A DNA stretch of 64,000 nt from Alphaproteobacteria bacterium (lineage in GTDB: Bacteria; Pseudomonadota; Alphaproteobacteria; SP197), in NCBI GenBank assembly GCA_964291265.2, contig OZ219747.1, forward strand, positions 2,208,001 through 2,272,000, given 5' to 3'. Position 1 is the first letter of the stretch. Each line of letters starts with the position of its first letter. Of the stretch, positions 63,600 to 64,000 are shown piece after piece. The notes beneath the pieces are model-generated. The model saw nothing but the letters and a program-made list of their open reading frames with translations. It was not told where the DNA came from and ran no database searches. Both the position numbers and the translations under genes were made by a program.

Positions 63600-64000
63600 G
63601 GGCCGAGCGTTGCAGGAGATGCGCTACGGCGGCCTTCTCCCATGGCGCGAGCGCATCGTGAAGGCGCTGGACTTGGCCGAGGCAGGTCGCCTCGGGGAGC
63701 CTGATGCCGGAGATCGCCTGCATGAGCGCGACGGCACGGCGCAAGGATGAGCATGTGGGCGATCAGCAGGTTGATGACGAGAGCCTGGATGCCGACGCCG
63801 TACTGCATGGGGCTCGGCACTACGGGCACTCCTTGATCTCGGCGTCGACGCGGCGCTCGACGACCTCGAACACGATGTCGTAGAGGACGCGTCGCTCCCG
63901 GTCGACGGGGTTGTTGACGCCGTCGAGGTCGGCGCCGCAGGCCTCGACGGCAATCGTCTCCTCGACGGTGGTCTTGCGCAGGTTGTCCCCGTCTGCTGGT
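63600..64000 (-). pseudogene. IS66 transposase internal remnant (continues past window end)
   Basis: QYGVGIQALVINLLIA, EATCLG; homologous to 38790-39230. Confidence 0.82.

Noticed and set aside
1-64000. tRNA/rRNA genes, prophage structural genes, integrase
   Set aside because: None recognisable by eye; no covariance search was run

Overview
A GC-rich bacterial window in which a small set of metabolic genes is buried under nested mobile elements. The metabolic genes are a peptide/opine-type ABC transporter, CocE/NonD hydrolase, amidase, aquaporin, Mo-hydroxylase large subunit, M24 peptidase, sulfatase, ABC-F and TauD. Most element ends could be placed to the base from terminal inverted repeats (TIRs), target-site duplications (TSDs) and host reading frames that rejoin when the insert is removed. 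Four nests were resolved. (1) ISAs1 21448-27691 contains IS66 21852-25993, which contains a group II intron at 23020-24938. (2) An IS4 remnant contains IS4 29103-33826, which contains IS4 30556-32902. (3) A duplicated ABC gene end contains an ORF-less group II intron (34635-40969), then a second ORF-less intron (35028-40705), then an MTase-IS66 (35200-40007), then ISAs1 (35850-38192). (4) A fic gene contains an MTase-IS66 (47529-55294), which contains an IS21-primase element (49314-54633). The most interesting signals are: IS66 elements carrying a translationally coupled small N6-adenine methyltransferase; a DUF4338/DruA-like domain recruited by three unrelated transposase families; a 5320-bp IS21 element with a coupled Toprim primase-like gene, present twice; and a group II intron whose EBS sequences match a conserved site in another group II intron. 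Family calls come from motif recognition only; no database searches were run.
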